A stretch of 64,000 bases of DNA from an uncultured Lachnospiraceae bacterium (GCA_946534785.1 CAMNCY010000001.1:9456-73455), one strand, 5' to 3'. Shown: positions 10,290 through 20,567, counted from the stretch's first letter. The notes: a model not told the origin generated them from the letters alone. Made by a program: numbers and translations.

Positions 10290-10364
10290 TAGAAGAGACA
10301 GCCCGGGGCCCTTCCTGAAGGAGCGGACCGCAGGCTGCGGAAAAGGATAATCGGAAACAGTTTT

Positions 10365-11213
10365 ATGTTCAAACTCGGTCAGAAACAGGTATTACACGTT
10401 GAAAAGACAGTTCCCATGGGAGTTTTCCTCATAGAGGAGGGGAACGGGCAGGAGCATGTCCTCCTTCCGCGCAGGCAGGTGCCGGGAAATGTATCCATCG
10501 GCACCGCGCTGGAGGTATTCCTGTATAAGGATTCGGAAGACAGGATCATCGCAACGACGAAGGAGCCTGCCCTGAAGCTCCATGAAGTGGGATATCTTAC
10601 GGTCAAGGAGGTCGGCAGGATCGGCGCGTTTCTTGACTGGGGACTGGATAAGGATCTGCTTCTTCCCTTCCACGAACAGCCCCGCAAGCGGGTCGTACAG
10701 GGACAGAACTGCCTGGTGGCAGTCTATCTTGACAAGAGCAGCCGCCTGTGCGCGACGATGAATGTCTATCCTTATCTTCGTACGGACAGTCCCTACATCG
10801 CAGGGGACGAGGTGACGGGAACGGTCTATCAGACCAGCCGGAACTTCGGTACTTTCGTTGCGGTGGATGATATGTTCTCCGCGCTGATCCCGCAGAAAGA
10901 ACTGGTCAGGGAGCTGGAGATCGGAGAAAAGGTCCGTGCCAGGGTGACCATGGTCAAGCCGGACGGAAAGCTGGATCTTTCCATCCGCGAAAAGACCTGG
11001 GTCCAGATGGCGCTGGACGAAGAGCGCCTGCTGGAAATGCTACGCAGCGGCGGCGGCAGCATTTCTTTCAATGATAAAGCTTCGCCGGAGCTCATCCGCC
11101 GGGAGGCAAAGATGAGCAAAAACGAGTTCAAACGGGCTGTCGGCGGCCTTCTCAAAGCCGGCAGGATCCGGATCGAAGAGGATTCGATCGTTCTTCTGGA
11201 AGAATCAAAGTGA
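10365..11213 (+). CDS. cvfB: CvfB-family S1-domain RNA-binding protein
   Basis: GAFLDWGLDKDLLLP, C-terminal MSKNEFKRAVGGLLK winged helix. Confidence 0.88.
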   Translation: MFKLGQKQVLHVEKTVPMGVFLIEEGNGQEHVLLPRRQVPGNVSIGTALEVFLYKDSEDRIIATTKEPALKLHEVGYLTVKEVGRIGAFLDWGLDKDLLLPFHEQPRKRVVQGQNCLVAVYLDKSSRLCATMNVYPYLRTDSPYIAGDEVTGTVYQTSRNFGTFVAVDDMFSALIPQKELVRELEIGEKVRARVTMVKPDGKLDLSIREKTWVQMALDEERLLEMLRSGGGSISFNDKASPELIRREAKMSKNEFKRAVGGLLKAGRIRIEEDSIVLLEESK

Positions 11214-11237
11214 GTCATTTTTCATGAAAATACACAA

Positions 11238-11266
11238 AAAAAATCCACTGTTTTAGTGGATTTTTT
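11238..11266. terminator. A/T-flanked hairpin after cvfB (terminator, possibly overlapping an operator)
   Basis: AAAAAATCCACT-GTTTT-AGTGGATTTTTT perfect inverted repeat. Confidence 0.6.
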
Positions 11267-11340
11267 CTTGCCCGTGGATTAGAATGAAGGTACTGAGTGC
11301 TTACTGCATGTGTTTTTGCGGCAAGCGGAAAGAGTGAGAA

Positions 11341-12435
11341 ATGATTTCGAATCAGGTTTTACAGAATACAATCGAAGGTATCAGAGACATATCCCATCTG
11401 GAACTGGCGATCATGGACGCGGATGGAAGAGAGGTCGTTTCCACGGCCGCTGTCTTTTCGGAAGCCGCCGCAGCCATTCCGGACTTTGCCGATTCTCCCG
11501 CTGATTCCCAGTCAGCCGGACCCTTCCAGTTCTTTAAGGTGTTCGACGAAAAGCAGCTGGAATATATTATCGTTGTATACGGGAATTCGGATAATACCCT
11601 GCTTATCGGACGCATGGCGGCCTTTCAGGTGAAGGGGCTCCTGGGAGCGTTCAAGGAGCATTATGACAAGGACAGTTTCATGAAGAACCTGCTTCTTGAC
11701 AATCTCCTCCTGATCGATATCTACGAGCGGGCGAAGAAGCTCCATATCCAGGCAAATGCCCAGAGAGTCGTTATCCTGATAGAGCTTCCTCACGGTGTCA
11801 ACCGGGATAAGGATCCCATCTCCGCAGTGCAGGAATTCATCGGCACGCCTTCCGAAGATTTTGTGACGGCTGTGGATGAGGATATCGTGGTCATCGTCAA
11901 GGCCGTGTCCTCGCCGAACCGCCTGCCGGAGATCGAGAAGACCGCGGAACTTTTGATGAAGCATCTGGAAGAAGCGGACATCACGAATACAAGGATCGCC
12001 TACGGAACGGTCGTAGGAGAACTCAAGGAGATCAGCCACTCCTATAAGGAAGCCAAGATGGCCCTGGACGTCGGCAGGATCTTCTTTGAAGACAAGAATA
12101 TCATCGCATATAACCAGCTGGGCATCGGAAGACTGATCTATCAGCTGCCGATCCCCCTGTGCAAGCTTTTCATCAAGGAGATCTTCAAGGACAGGAGACC
12201 GGACGAATTCGATGAGGAAACGCTGACGACGATCTATAAGTTCTTCGAGAACAACCTGAACGTATCGGAGACTTCCCGCCAGCTGTTCATCCACCGCAAT
12301 ACCCTTGTGTACCGCCTTGACAAGCTCCTGAAGAGCACGGGACTGGACCTGAGGGTCTTTGAAGACGCCATTACCTTCAAGATCGCCCTGATGGTCGTAA
12401 AATATATGAAGTATATGGAGCAGTCCGATAAATAA
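11341..12435 (+). CDS. PucR/CdaR-family transcriptional regulator
   Basis: C-terminal HTH NLNVSETSRQLFIHRNTLVYRLDK..TGLDLR; GGDEF-like central domain. Confidence 0.9.
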   Translation: MISNQVLQNTIEGIRDISHLELAIMDADGREVVSTAAVFSEAAAAIPDFADSPADSQSAGPFQFFKVFDEKQLEYIIVVYGNSDNTLLIGRMAAFQVKGLLGAFKEHYDKDSFMKNLLLDNLLLIDIYERAKKLHIQANAQRVVILIELPHGVNRDKDPISAVQEFIGTPSEDFVTAVDEDIVVIVKAVSSPNRLPEIEKTAELLMKHLEEADITNTRIAYGTVVGELKEISHSYKEAKMALDVGRIFFEDKNIIAYNQLGIGRLIYQLPIPLCKLFIKEIFKDRRPDEFDEETLTTIYKFFENNLNVSETSRQLFIHRNTLVYRLDKLLKSTGLDLRVFEDAITFKIALMVVKYMKYMEQSDK

Positions 12436-12483
12436 GCACAGCCGGGGCGTCCCTGCTCTGCACAACATCCGTTTGGAGAATCT

Positions 12484-13284
12484 ATGAGTCAGAATTACAG
12501 ATCTGCGGGATCGCCGGATAACGACGAGACCGTCATCCTTCTGGACAACGTCAGCAAACAGTATACGAACGGGGCTCCCGCAGTCAATCACGTTACGCTG
12601 TCCGTCCGGGAAGGAGAATTCGTTTTCATCACCGGAGAGACCGGCTCCGGAAAATCCACCCTTTTGAAGATCATGATCCACGAACTGGTGCCCACGGAGG
12701 GCACGGTCCGTGTGCTGGGGTATGACCTGAACAGGATCCGGCACGGAAAGATCGCGAAATTCCGCCGGAATCTCGGAATCGTCTTTCAGGACTTCCGTCT
12801 TCTGAAGGACCGTGACGTCTATGAGAATGTCGCTTTTGCGCAGCGTATCATCCAGGTCCCCGGCAACCAGATTCGCCGGAACGTCCTGAATGCGCTGGAT
12901 ATGGTCTCCCTTTCCGACAAGTACAAAAGAAAGGTCACCCAGCTTTCCGGCGGTGAGCAGCAGCGTGTCGCCCTTGCGAGAGCTCTGGTGAACAAGCCCT
13001 TTATCCTGCTTGCGGATGAGCCCACCGGAAATCTGGACGCAGACACCGCCTGGGAGATCATGCAGCTGATCGAGCGTGTCAACCGGGAATTCGGAACGAC
13101 GGTCGTGGTCGTTACCCATGACCGGGGAATCGTTTCAAGAATGCATAAAAGAGTCATCGAGATGAAGCAGGGAGAGATCATCCGCGATGAGGGAAGCACT
13201 CCCGCTGAGACTTATGACGACTTTGAAGATGATCTGTTTGAGTATCAGGACGTAGACTCGGACGGATATGATTATGAGGATTAG
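12484..13284 (+). CDS. ftsE: Cell division ATP-binding protein FtsE
   Basis: GETGSGKST, VFQDFRLL, LSGGEQQRV, LADEPTGNLD; followed by ftsX. Confidence 0.92.
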   Translation: MSQNYRSAGSPDNDETVILLDNVSKQYTNGAPAVNHVTLSVREGEFVFITGETGSGKSTLLKIMIHELVPTEGTVRVLGYDLNRIRHGKIAKFRRNLGIVFQDFRLLKDRDVYENVAFAQRIIQVPGNQIRRNVLNALDMVSLSDKYKRKVTQLSGGEQQRVALARALVNKPFILLADEPTGNLDADTAWEIMQLIERVNREFGTTVVVVTHDRGIVSRMHKRVIEMKQGEIIRDEGSTPAETYDDFEDDLFEYQDVDSDGYDYED

Positions 13285-14170
13285 CAGCTTGTTACACACA
13301 GTTGGACAGGGGTTTAGGCTCCTATTTCGAAACAAGAGTTATTCACTGGCATCGATCGGCACCATTTCCGCGTGCCTGTTCCTTTTCGGCATGTTCTATT
13401 CGGTGCTGACCAATTTCCAGCATATCGTGCGCACGGCGGAAGAAGGCGTTTCCGTAACGGTATTCTTCAAGCACGGCGTAACGGAGGAACAGATCGACCA
13501 GATCAGGATCGCCGTTGAGGAACGGGAAGAGGTCGCACAGGTCAATTATGTGTCGGCAGAGGATGCATGGGCGAGCTTCAGTGAGGAATATCTGGGGGAA
13601 TACGCAGAGGGCTTTACGGAGAACCCCCTCGAGGATTCCGCGAACCTGGAGATCTATCTGAGCGACATCTCCAAGCAGAGCGAACTGGTCTCCTATCTGG
13701 AGTCCCTGGAAGAGGTCCGGATGGTCAACCGCTCGGAGCTGACGGCGAACACCCTTTCCGGCGCGAACCGGCTGATCGGATACGCTTCGGTCGCGATCAT
13801 CGGCATACTTCTTCTGGTCGCGGTCTTCCTGATCAGTAATACGATCGCGACGGGCATCCAGAGCCACAAGGATGAGATCAATATCATGAAATACATCGGC
13901 GCTACAGACCTGTACGTCCGCGGCCCCTATGTATTTGAAGGCCTGCTCCTTGGTTTTCTGGGTTCCCTCATACCTCTTGTGGTCACCTATTTTGTCTATA
14001 ATAAGGCGGTCGAGATCATTACGAGCCGCTATTATATGCTGACGCAGCTGATGAAATTCCTTCCCGTGGAAGAGATTTTCACCACCCTGATCCCGATTTC
14101 GGTCATTCTGGGCGTCGGTATCGGTTTTGTCGGCAGTATCCTGACGATAAGGAAGCATCTTCATGTTTGA
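13274..14170 (+). CDS. ftsX: Cell division permease FtsX
   Basis: 4-TM topology, NPL in extracellular domain, LISNTI...EINIMKYIGAT. Confidence 0.92.
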   Translation: MRISSLLHTVGQGFRLLFRNKSYSLASIGTISACLFLFGMFYSVLTNFQHIVRTAEEGVSVTVFFKHGVTEEQIDQIRIAVEEREEVAQVNYVSAEDAWASFSEEYLGEYAEGFTENPLEDSANLEIYLSDISKQSELVSYLESLEEVRMVNRSELTANTLSGANRLIGYASVAIIGILLLVAVFLISNTIATGIQSHKDEINIMKYIGATDLYVRGPYVFEGLLLGFLGSLIPLVVTYFVYNKAVEIITSRYYMLTQLMKFLPVEEIFTTLIPISVILGVGIGFVGSILTIRKHLHV

Positions 14171-15422
14171 TTTCGGTCGCCGGCACCCGGTGGGAGGATC
14201 CGTATTTCATAAGAACATGATCAGGCGGTGTGCACTTACGTGCGCACTGCTTTTTGCCATGTCCATGGCGGGAAAAAGCGCCCTGCCCGTATCGGCGGAC
14301 GTCCTGACGAGCGACAGTATCCGCCAGAAGGAGGCCTCCATCGCCGCCAGCAGGCAGGAGAGGGAGAGCATCCAGAACAGTCTCAGTGACATCCAGAAGA
14401 TGAAGGAGGAACTGGAATCCTCCAAGGCGAACCTGGTCAGCTACGTTACGGAGCTGGATGCAAAGGTGACCCAGCTGCAGGAGAATATCGACAGACTGAC
14501 TCAGCAGATCGAAGAAAAGGAAGAAGAGATCGTCCAGACCCAGGCGGAGCTGGAAGAGGCAGAAGCCAAAAAGGCGGAACAGTACAAGTCCATGAAGATC
14601 CGCCTCCGTTTTATCTATGAAAAAGGAAATTCCCGCTATTTTGAAACGATCATCAACACCTGGAACTTTGCGGAACTCCTGAACAAGGCGACCTATATCG
14701 AAATGCTGTCCGATTATGACGACCGTCTCCTGAAGGAGTTCACGCAGCAGGCGGAGCTTGTCAGGAAGATCGGGGAGGCCCTGGAAGAAGAGAAGAAAAC
14801 ACTGGATGAGGCAAAGGCGGGCGTGGAAGCCGAGCGGCAGTCCATGGAAGCCCTGATCGACGAGAAAAGATCCCAGATCTCGGTCCTCAGCAGCGAGATC
14901 TCGGAAACGGAGGAATCCATCCAGGAGTACCAGGCAAAAGTGGCAGCGCAGGATAACGCCATTGCCGCTCTGGAAGCGCAGGTCGCAGCCGAGAAGGCAG
15001 CGCTGGCAGCGCAGAACCGGCGTCATTACGGCGGCGGACAGTTCGTATGGCCGGCTCCGTCCTATTCCTACATATCTTCCGAATTCGGGAACAGGATCCA
15101 TCCGATCTACGGAACGACAAGGTTCCACAGCGGACTGGACATGGCCTCCGCTTACGGTACGCCGATCCTTGCAGCGGCGGACGGTGTGGTCGTGGCAGCT
15201 TCCTATGATCCTTCCATGGGCAATTATGTCATGATCGATCACGGAGACAGCCTGTATACGATCTATATGCACTGCTCGTCCCTCTATGTGTCCAAAGGAC
15301 AGGAAGTGAGCGCAGGCGCCAATATCGCGACTGTGGGCAGCACGGGCGCCTCCACGGGACCGCACCTGCATTTTTCCGTAAGACTCAACGGCTCTTACGT
15401 AAATCCGTGGAATTATCTTTGA
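14163..15422 (+). CDS. Coiled-coil plus M23 peptidase (FtsEX-associated murein hydrolase)
   Basis: Signal-like N-terminus, long CwlO/PcsB-like coiled coil, intact HSGLD and HLH zinc ligands. Start uncertain (14163 or 14217). Confidence 0.88.
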   Translation: MFDFGRRHPVGGSVFHKNMIRRCALTCALLFAMSMAGKSALPVSADVLTSDSIRQKEASIAASRQERESIQNSLSDIQKMKEELESSKANLVSYVTELDAKVTQLQENIDRLTQQIEEKEEEIVQTQAELEEAEAKKAEQYKSMKIRLRFIYEKGNSRYFETIINTWNFAELLNKATYIEMLSDYDDRLLKEFTQQAELVRKIGEALEEEKKTLDEAKAGVEAERQSMEALIDEKRSQISVLSSEISETEESIQEYQAKVAAQDNAIAALEAQVAAEKAALAAQNRRHYGGGQFVWPAPSYSYISSEFGNRIHPIYGTTRFHSGLDMASAYGTPILAAADGVVVAASYDPSMGNYVMIDHGDSLYTIYMHCSSLYVSKGQEVSAGANIATVGSTGASTGPHLHFSVRLNGSYVNPWNYL

Positions 15423-15449
15423 ATCATTTGACAGTATCCGGAGTGATCA

Positions 15450-16733
15450 ATGAACCAGATGAATACAACAGGTATCGAACAGCAAAACCAGTTTGAAATG
15501 GCAGGCCCGGAACCGAAGAAGAACGGAAGGACGAAAGCGCCCTTTTTCCTGGGACTTGCCCTTGGCCTTATGGCAGGCTGTGCAGTCATGTATTTTGCCC
15601 TCCTGCAGTTCGGCCCCGGGAGCGGGCTTTTAAGCGGCGACGGAAAGAGCGCCATGAACATGGAGACCGCCTATAAGATCCAGGGACTGGAAGAAGCGAT
15701 CGACATGTACTACTACAAGGCGGATGAGGTCACCCGCAGCCAGAAAGAGGAAGGCATTTACAAAGGCCTGATCCGTTCCCTCGGCGACCCCTATTCCGTC
15801 TATTATACCGAGGAAGAGGCCAGGGAGCTGGACAGCTCCCTCAGCGGCACCTATTACGGGATCGGCGCATACCTGAGCATGGACACCCAGTCGAACCTTC
15901 CCAAGATTTCCGGCGTCATAGAGGGGACTCCCGCTGAAGAGGCCGGCCTTATGACGAACGACATTATTTATAAGATCGACGGGGAGTCGACACAGGGCCT
16001 TGACCTGGATGAAGTCGTCAAGCGCGTTCGCGGAAAGGAAGGGACCACTGTCGATCTCACCCTTCTCAGGGACGGAGAGATCGACCCCATCGAAGCCAGG
16101 ATCAGGCGGGCCAAGGTGGATTCCCCGACCGTATCTTCCGAGGTGCTCGAGGATACCGACGGGATCGGATATATTCAGATCACGGAATTCGATGACGTTA
16201 CGTCGGGGCAGTTCTCGACACATCTTAAAAAGCTTTATGATGAAAATATCCGGGGACTTATCATCGATCTTCGGGATAATCCGGGCGGGAGCGTGGATGC
16301 GGCGACCGCCGTTGCGGGCGAACTGCTGCCGGAAGGACTTGTTTTCTATATGGAAGAACGGAACGGGAAGCGGACGGATTACCGGTGCGACGGCAAACAT
16401 GAGATCCGGATCCCCCTGGCGGTCCTTGTCAACGAAAACTCCGCAAGCGCAGCCGAGATCCTCTCCGGCGCCGTACAGGATTCCGGCAAGGGACTGATCA
16501 TCGGCACCAGGACCTACGGCAAAGGTGTCGTCCAGTCCGTATTCTCCCTGAATGACGGATCGGGCCTGAAGCTCACGGTCGCAGATTACTACACCCGTAA
16601 CGGGAACAATATCAACGGGATCGGGATCACGCCTGACATGGAAGTGGAGCTGGATACGGAAGCCTATGTGGACAAGGGCGAGGACAATCAGCTGGAGAAA
16701 GCGATCGAAGAGATCGGGAAAATGGCGGACTGA
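15450..16733 (+). CDS. C-terminal processing protease, S41 family (CtpA-like)
   Basis: N-terminal TM, PDZ YYGIGA, DLRDNPGG, SASAAEI, TYGKG. Confidence 0.92.
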   Translation: MNQMNTTGIEQQNQFEMAGPEPKKNGRTKAPFFLGLALGLMAGCAVMYFALLQFGPGSGLLSGDGKSAMNMETAYKIQGLEEAIDMYYYKADEVTRSQKEEGIYKGLIRSLGDPYSVYYTEEEARELDSSLSGTYYGIGAYLSMDTQSNLPKISGVIEGTPAEEAGLMTNDIIYKIDGESTQGLDLDEVVKRVRGKEGTTVDLTLLRDGEIDPIEARIRRAKVDSPTVSSEVLEDTDGIGYIQITEFDDVTSGQFSTHLKKLYDENIRGLIIDLRDNPGGSVDAATAVAGELLPEGLVFYMEERNGKRTDYRCDGKHEIRIPLAVLVNENSASAAEILSGAVQDSGKGLIIGTRTYGKGVVQSVFSLNDGSGLKLTVADYYTRNGNNINGIGITPDMEVELDTEAYVDKGEDNQLEKAIEEIGKMAD

Positions 16734-16835
16734 AGCCATGCGGATATCATGTGCGGCGCGTGACCTGCGGGCAATAGGGCAGGAAACGAAAGAAAAGTTT
16801 CAGTAACACAGGAAGATAACGAAAACGATTTCACC

Positions 16836-16864
16836 AAAAGGGGCTGTTTACAGCCTCTTTTTTT
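16836..16864 (+). terminator. Intrinsic terminator after ctpA
   Basis: AAAAGGGGCTGT/ACAGCCTCTTTTTTT. Confidence 0.75.
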
Positions 16865-16957
16865 AATTTGTTTGCAAATAAAGCACAAATCCAGAGACCG
16901 GTTTTTGTAAAAGGAGCACAAAAATGGTGAAAATGTACATCAATTTCAAAATCCCTC

Positions 16958-16986
16958 TTGAATTTGTGTTAAATATAGTCTATAAA
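16958..16986 (+). promoter_or_regulatory. sigma-A promoter of sugar ABC operon
   Basis: TTGAAT-17 nt-TATAAA; operator-like GAAAACGTTTAA at 16995-17006 next to the start site. Confidence 0.65.
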
Positions 16987-17050
16987 TAGATTACGAAAAC
17001 GTTTAAGGAACATGAGCGTTCCAATCGAAACTAAAATGGAGGAAAAAGTT

Positions 17051-18490
17051 ATGAGCAAGAAGTTACTTAGTGTTGTACTTGCATCTGCAATGGCAGCGGG
17101 CGTCCTCGCTGGCTGCGGCAGCACACCTGCTCCTGCAGCTGCACCGGCTCCGGCAGCAGAAGAGAAGAAGGAAGAAGCTCCCGCTGAGGAAGCAAAGGAA
17201 GAAGCTCCTGCAGAAGAAGCAAAGGAAGAGGCTCCTGCAGAGGCAGCAGCAGATGAAGGCAAGGTCCTGAACATTTACTGCTGGAATGAAGAGTTCAAGT
17301 CCCGTCTGACAGATCACTATCCGGGATACGAAGAAGTCGATGCCACCAACGGCAAGATCGGCGATGTCGCAGTTAAGTGGAACATCACTCCTTCCACTGA
17401 CAACGCTTACCAGAACAACCTGGATGAGCACCTGCTTGGTCAGGAAGCTGCAGCAGCTGATGACAAGATCGACCTGTTCCTGGTTGAAGCCGACTACGCT
17501 CTGAAGTATGTCGACACCGATTACACAATGCCTGTAGCAGACCTTGGTCTTACAGCTGACGAGCTGGCTAACCAGTATAAGTACACACAGGACATTATGA
17601 CCGATTCCAACGGCGCTCTGAAGGGCGTTTCATGGCAGGGCTGCCCCGGCGTTCTGATCTACAACAGAGAGGCTGCAAAGGAAGTCCTTGGCTCTGACGA
17701 TCCCGAGACCGTCCAGGCTGCAGTTGCTGACTGGGATACCTTCGTTAAGACAGCAGCAGACATGAAGGCAGCAGGCTACAGCGTTATGTCTTCTGTAAAC
17801 GATTCCTATCGTGTATATTCCAACAACGTTTCCACTCCCTGGGTCGTTGACGGCAAGATCGTGATCGACGACAACCTGATGAAGTGGGTTGACGATTCCA
17901 AGGCTCTGGTAGATGCAGGCGAGACCGGCACACATGCTCTTTGGAGCGATGACTGGTCCAAGGGCTTCTATCCGGACGGCAAGGTATTCGCATACTTCGG
18001 ACCCGCATGGCTGATCAACTTCTCCATGGCAGCTGATACAGAAGGCTCTATCGCCAACGCAGGCGGCTGGGGCGCTGTTGAAGGACCTCAGGGCTTCTTC
18101 TGGGGCGGCACATGGATCGCAGCAGCTCAGGGCACAGACAACCCGACACTGGTTGCTGATATCATGAGACAGCTTACGACCAACGAACAGATCATGACCG
18201 ATATCGTTAAGGCAGACAGCGACTTCGTTAACAACAAGCCCGCTATGGAAGCAGCAGCTGAGAACGATGAGTACGCATTCAAGGTCCTTGGCGGCCAGAA
18301 TCCTCTTGCAATGTTCTGCGCAGGCGCTGAAAAGATCGATCTTTCCAACCTTTCCCCTTATGACCAGGGCTGCAACGAAGCATTCCAGAATGCTATGAAG
18401 AACTACTTCGACGGCAACTCCACAAAGGAAGAAGCTCTTGATATCTTCTACAAGAGCGTTGTTGAGAAGTATCCTGAGCTTACATACTGA
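17051..18490 (+). CDS. Carbohydrate ABC transporter solute-binding lipoprotein (CUT1)
   Basis: Lipobox LAGC, Ala/Glu/Pro linker, WGGTW motif; followed by two CUT1 permeases; RBS GGAGG. Confidence 0.9.
   Translation: MSKKLLSVVLASAMAAGVLAGCGSTPAPAAAPAPAAEEKKEEAPAEEAKEEAPAEEAKEEAPAEAAADEGKVLNIYCWNEEFKSRLTDHYPGYEEVDATNGKIGDVAVKWNITPSTDNAYQNNLDEHLLGQEAAAADDKIDLFLVEADYALKYVDTDYTMPVADLGLTADELANQYKYTQDIMTDSNGALKGVSWQGCPGVLIYNREAAKEVLGSDDPETVQAAVADWDTFVKTAADMKAAGYSVMSSVNDSYRVYSNNVSTPWVVDGKIVIDDNLMKWVDDSKALVDAGETGTHALWSDDWSKGFYPDGKVFAYFGPAWLINFSMAADTEGSIANAGGWGAVEGPQGFFWGGTWIAAAQGTDNPTLVADIMRQLTTNEQIMTDIVKADSDFVNNKPAMEAAAENDEYAFKVLGGQNPLAMFCAGAEKIDLSNLSPYDQGCNEAFQNAMKNYFDGNSTKEEALDIFYKSVVEKYPELTY
17159..17239 (+). 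repeat. 3 x 27-nt coding tandem repeat (EE[K/A]KEEAPA)
   Basis: Units at 17159, 17186 and 17213, e.g. GAGGAAGCAAAGGAAGAAGCTCCTGCA. Confidence 0.85.
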
Positions 18491-18539
18491 TTCGAAGGTT
18501 CGGACATTCGGTAAGTAATTTCACACTTCGTTGAATCAG

Positions 18540-18575
18540 GGTGCCTGCCCGGTTACGGCCGGACAGGCACCTTTT
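18540..18575 (+). terminator. Stem-loop between SBP and permease (partial terminator or mRNA stabiliser)
   Basis: GGTGCCTGCCCGG/CCGGACAGGCACC followed by TTTT. Confidence 0.7.
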
Positions 18576-18704
18576 CTCAAAAAAGGCGGCAGTCCCGGCA
18601 TTCGGGCTGCGCAGCATCCTCCGCTGAAAAGAGGAAGATGGTGCGGAACTATAATGTCAGACGAACAGGCAGAAAATACTGTTCCATGAGGGGAGGAAAG
18701 TTCT

Positions 18705-19610
18705 ATGAACAGGAAAAACAGCAAAGTCGTCAGTTATAACAAGTGGGGATATATTTTCCTGATTCCCTTTATCGTCGTGTATCTCGTGTTCCAGTTCATT
18801 CCGCTGGTAAGCACGGTCTACAACAGCTTCTTTGAGAACTACCGTTCCGGCCTGACCCAGATCGGGCCCAACTTCGTAGGTCTTGCCAACTACGCGAAGC
18901 TTATCACCAACGGCGATCTTATCCAGTATACAAAGAACACGATGATCATGTGGATCCTGGGCTTCATTCCGCAGATCTTCTTCTCCCTCCTTCTGGGAGC
19001 ATGGTTCACGGATCCGTCCCTGCGGCTGAAATGCCAGCAGTTCTTCAAGACGGTCATTTACCTGCCGAACCTGATCATGGCATCCGCATTCGCAATGCTG
19101 TTCTTCACACTGTTCGCGGATTCCGGACCGGTCAACTCCATCCTCGTATCCATGGGAGTCATCAGCCAGCCCTTCAAGTTCATGTCCAATATCTGGGCGA
19201 CCAGGTCCCTGGTGGGATTCATGAACTTCATCATGTGGTTCGGAAATACGACGATCCTCCTGATGGCCGGCATGATGGGTATTGACCAGTCGCTGTTCGA
19301 GGCGGCCGAAGTCGACGGAGCCACATCGAACCAGGTATTCTTCCGGATCACGCTTCCGCTCCTTCGCCCCATCCTGGTCTATGTGCTGATCACATCCCTG
19401 ATCGGCGGCCTGCAGATGTTCGATGTACCGCAGATCCTGACCAACGGTACCGGCGACCCGGCAAGAACTTCCATGACACTGATCATGTACCTGAACAAGC
19501 ATCTGTTCAGCAAGAACTACGGCCTTGGCGGAGCACTTTCCGTAATGCTGTTCATTATCACCGGCATCCTGAGCATGATCGTATTCCGGTTCTCGAACAG
19601 TAAAAAGTGA
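18705..19610 (+). CDS. Sugar ABC transporter permease (MalF-like)
   Basis: FVGLANY, EAA loop LFEAAEVDGA...ITLPLLRP. Confidence 0.93.
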   Translation: MNRKNSKVVSYNKWGYIFLIPFIVVYLVFQFIPLVSTVYNSFFENYRSGLTQIGPNFVGLANYAKLITNGDLIQYTKNTMIMWILGFIPQIFFSLLLGAWFTDPSLRLKCQQFFKTVIYLPNLIMASAFAMLFFTLFADSGPVNSILVSMGVISQPFKFMSNIWATRSLVGFMNFIMWFGNTTILLMAGMMGIDQSLFEAAEVDGATSNQVFFRITLPLLRPILVYVLITSLIGGLQMFDVPQILTNGTGDPARTSMTLIMYLNKHLFSKNYGLGGALSVMLFIITGILSMIVFRFSNSKK

Positions 19611-19625
19611 TGGGAGGAGAAAATC

Positions 19626-20480
19626 ATGAATGAGAAAAAGACGAATGGCGTAAGTGTCCATACAAGAAGATTAATAGCCTATATTGTCCTGATCATCCTG
19701 TCCTTCCTGTGCCTGATCTGGTTCTATATCCTGTTCATCAATGCAACACGATCCCATGCGGAGCTGACCAAAGGTTTCACGCCGATCCCCAGCTCGCATC
19801 TTATGGAGAACTGGAACAACCTGCTCCACGGAACGCTCCCGGTATTCTACGGGCTCAGGAACAGTATTTTCGTTTCCGTATGCTCTGCGATCCTGTGCGT
19901 GTATTTCTCCACCATGACCGCCTATGCGATCCATGCATACGAGTTCAAGCTGAAGAAATTCATGTTCACCTTCATCCTGATGATCATGATGATCCCCACA
20001 CAGGTCACGGTCCTCGGTTTCTTACAGCTGATCGGAAAGATGAAGCTGGATGACTCCTTTATCCCGCTGATCGTACCCGCGATCGCAGCGCCTGTCTCCT
20101 TCTTCTATATGAAGCAGTACATGGATTCCGTCCTTTCCCTCTCCCTGGTAGAGGCGGCAAGGATCGACGGCGCCGGCGAATTCAGGACCTTCAACAGCAT
20201 CGTGCTTCCGCTGATGCGTCCTGCCATTGCCGTACAGGCGATCTTCACCTTCGTCAGCAGCTGGAATAACTACTTCACACCGGCCCTGGTGCTCCATACG
20301 GACAAGAAGAAGACCCTTCCTATCCTGATCGCCCAGCTTAGAAGCGCCGACTGGCTGAAGTTCGATATGGGCCAGGTATATGTCATGATCGCCTTCTCGA
20401 TCTTCCCGGTCATCGTAGTGTACCTCCTGCTTTCCCGCAACATTGTCGGCGGCGTTACGGCCGGCGGCGTCAAGGAATGA
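19626..20480 (+). CDS. Sugar ABC transporter permease (MalG-like)
   Basis: EAARIDGA, WNNYF, C-terminal GVTAGGVKE. Confidence 0.93.
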   Translation: MNEKKTNGVSVHTRRLIAYIVLIILSFLCLIWFYILFINATRSHAELTKGFTPIPSSHLMENWNNLLHGTLPVFYGLRNSIFVSVCSAILCVYFSTMTAYAIHAYEFKLKKFMFTFILMIMMIPTQVTVLGFLQLIGKMKLDDSFIPLIVPAIAAPVSFFYMKQYMDSVLSLSLVEAARIDGAGEFRTFNSIVLPLMRPAIAVQAIFTFVSSWNNYFTPALVLHTDKKKTLPILIAQLRSADWLKFDMGQVYVMIAFSIFPVIVVYLLLSRNIVGGVTAGGVKE

Positions 20481-20523
20481 TACTTTATACAGAATGCATT
20501 CTTTGAAAGAATTTGACAGTTTC

Positions 20524-20567
20524 AAAAGGTACCGCAGCTTTCCCGAAGTTGCGGTATCTTTTTCTTT
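20524..20567 (+). terminator. Intrinsic terminator of ABC operon
   Basis: AAAAGGTACCGCAGCTT/AAGTTGCGGTATCTTTTT. Confidence 0.8.

Noticed and set aside
14163-15422. Calling the M23 protein an inactive EnvC
   Set aside because: Zinc ligands HxxxD and HxH are intact; the ftsEX-M23-ctpA arrangement is ordinary for Clostridia.
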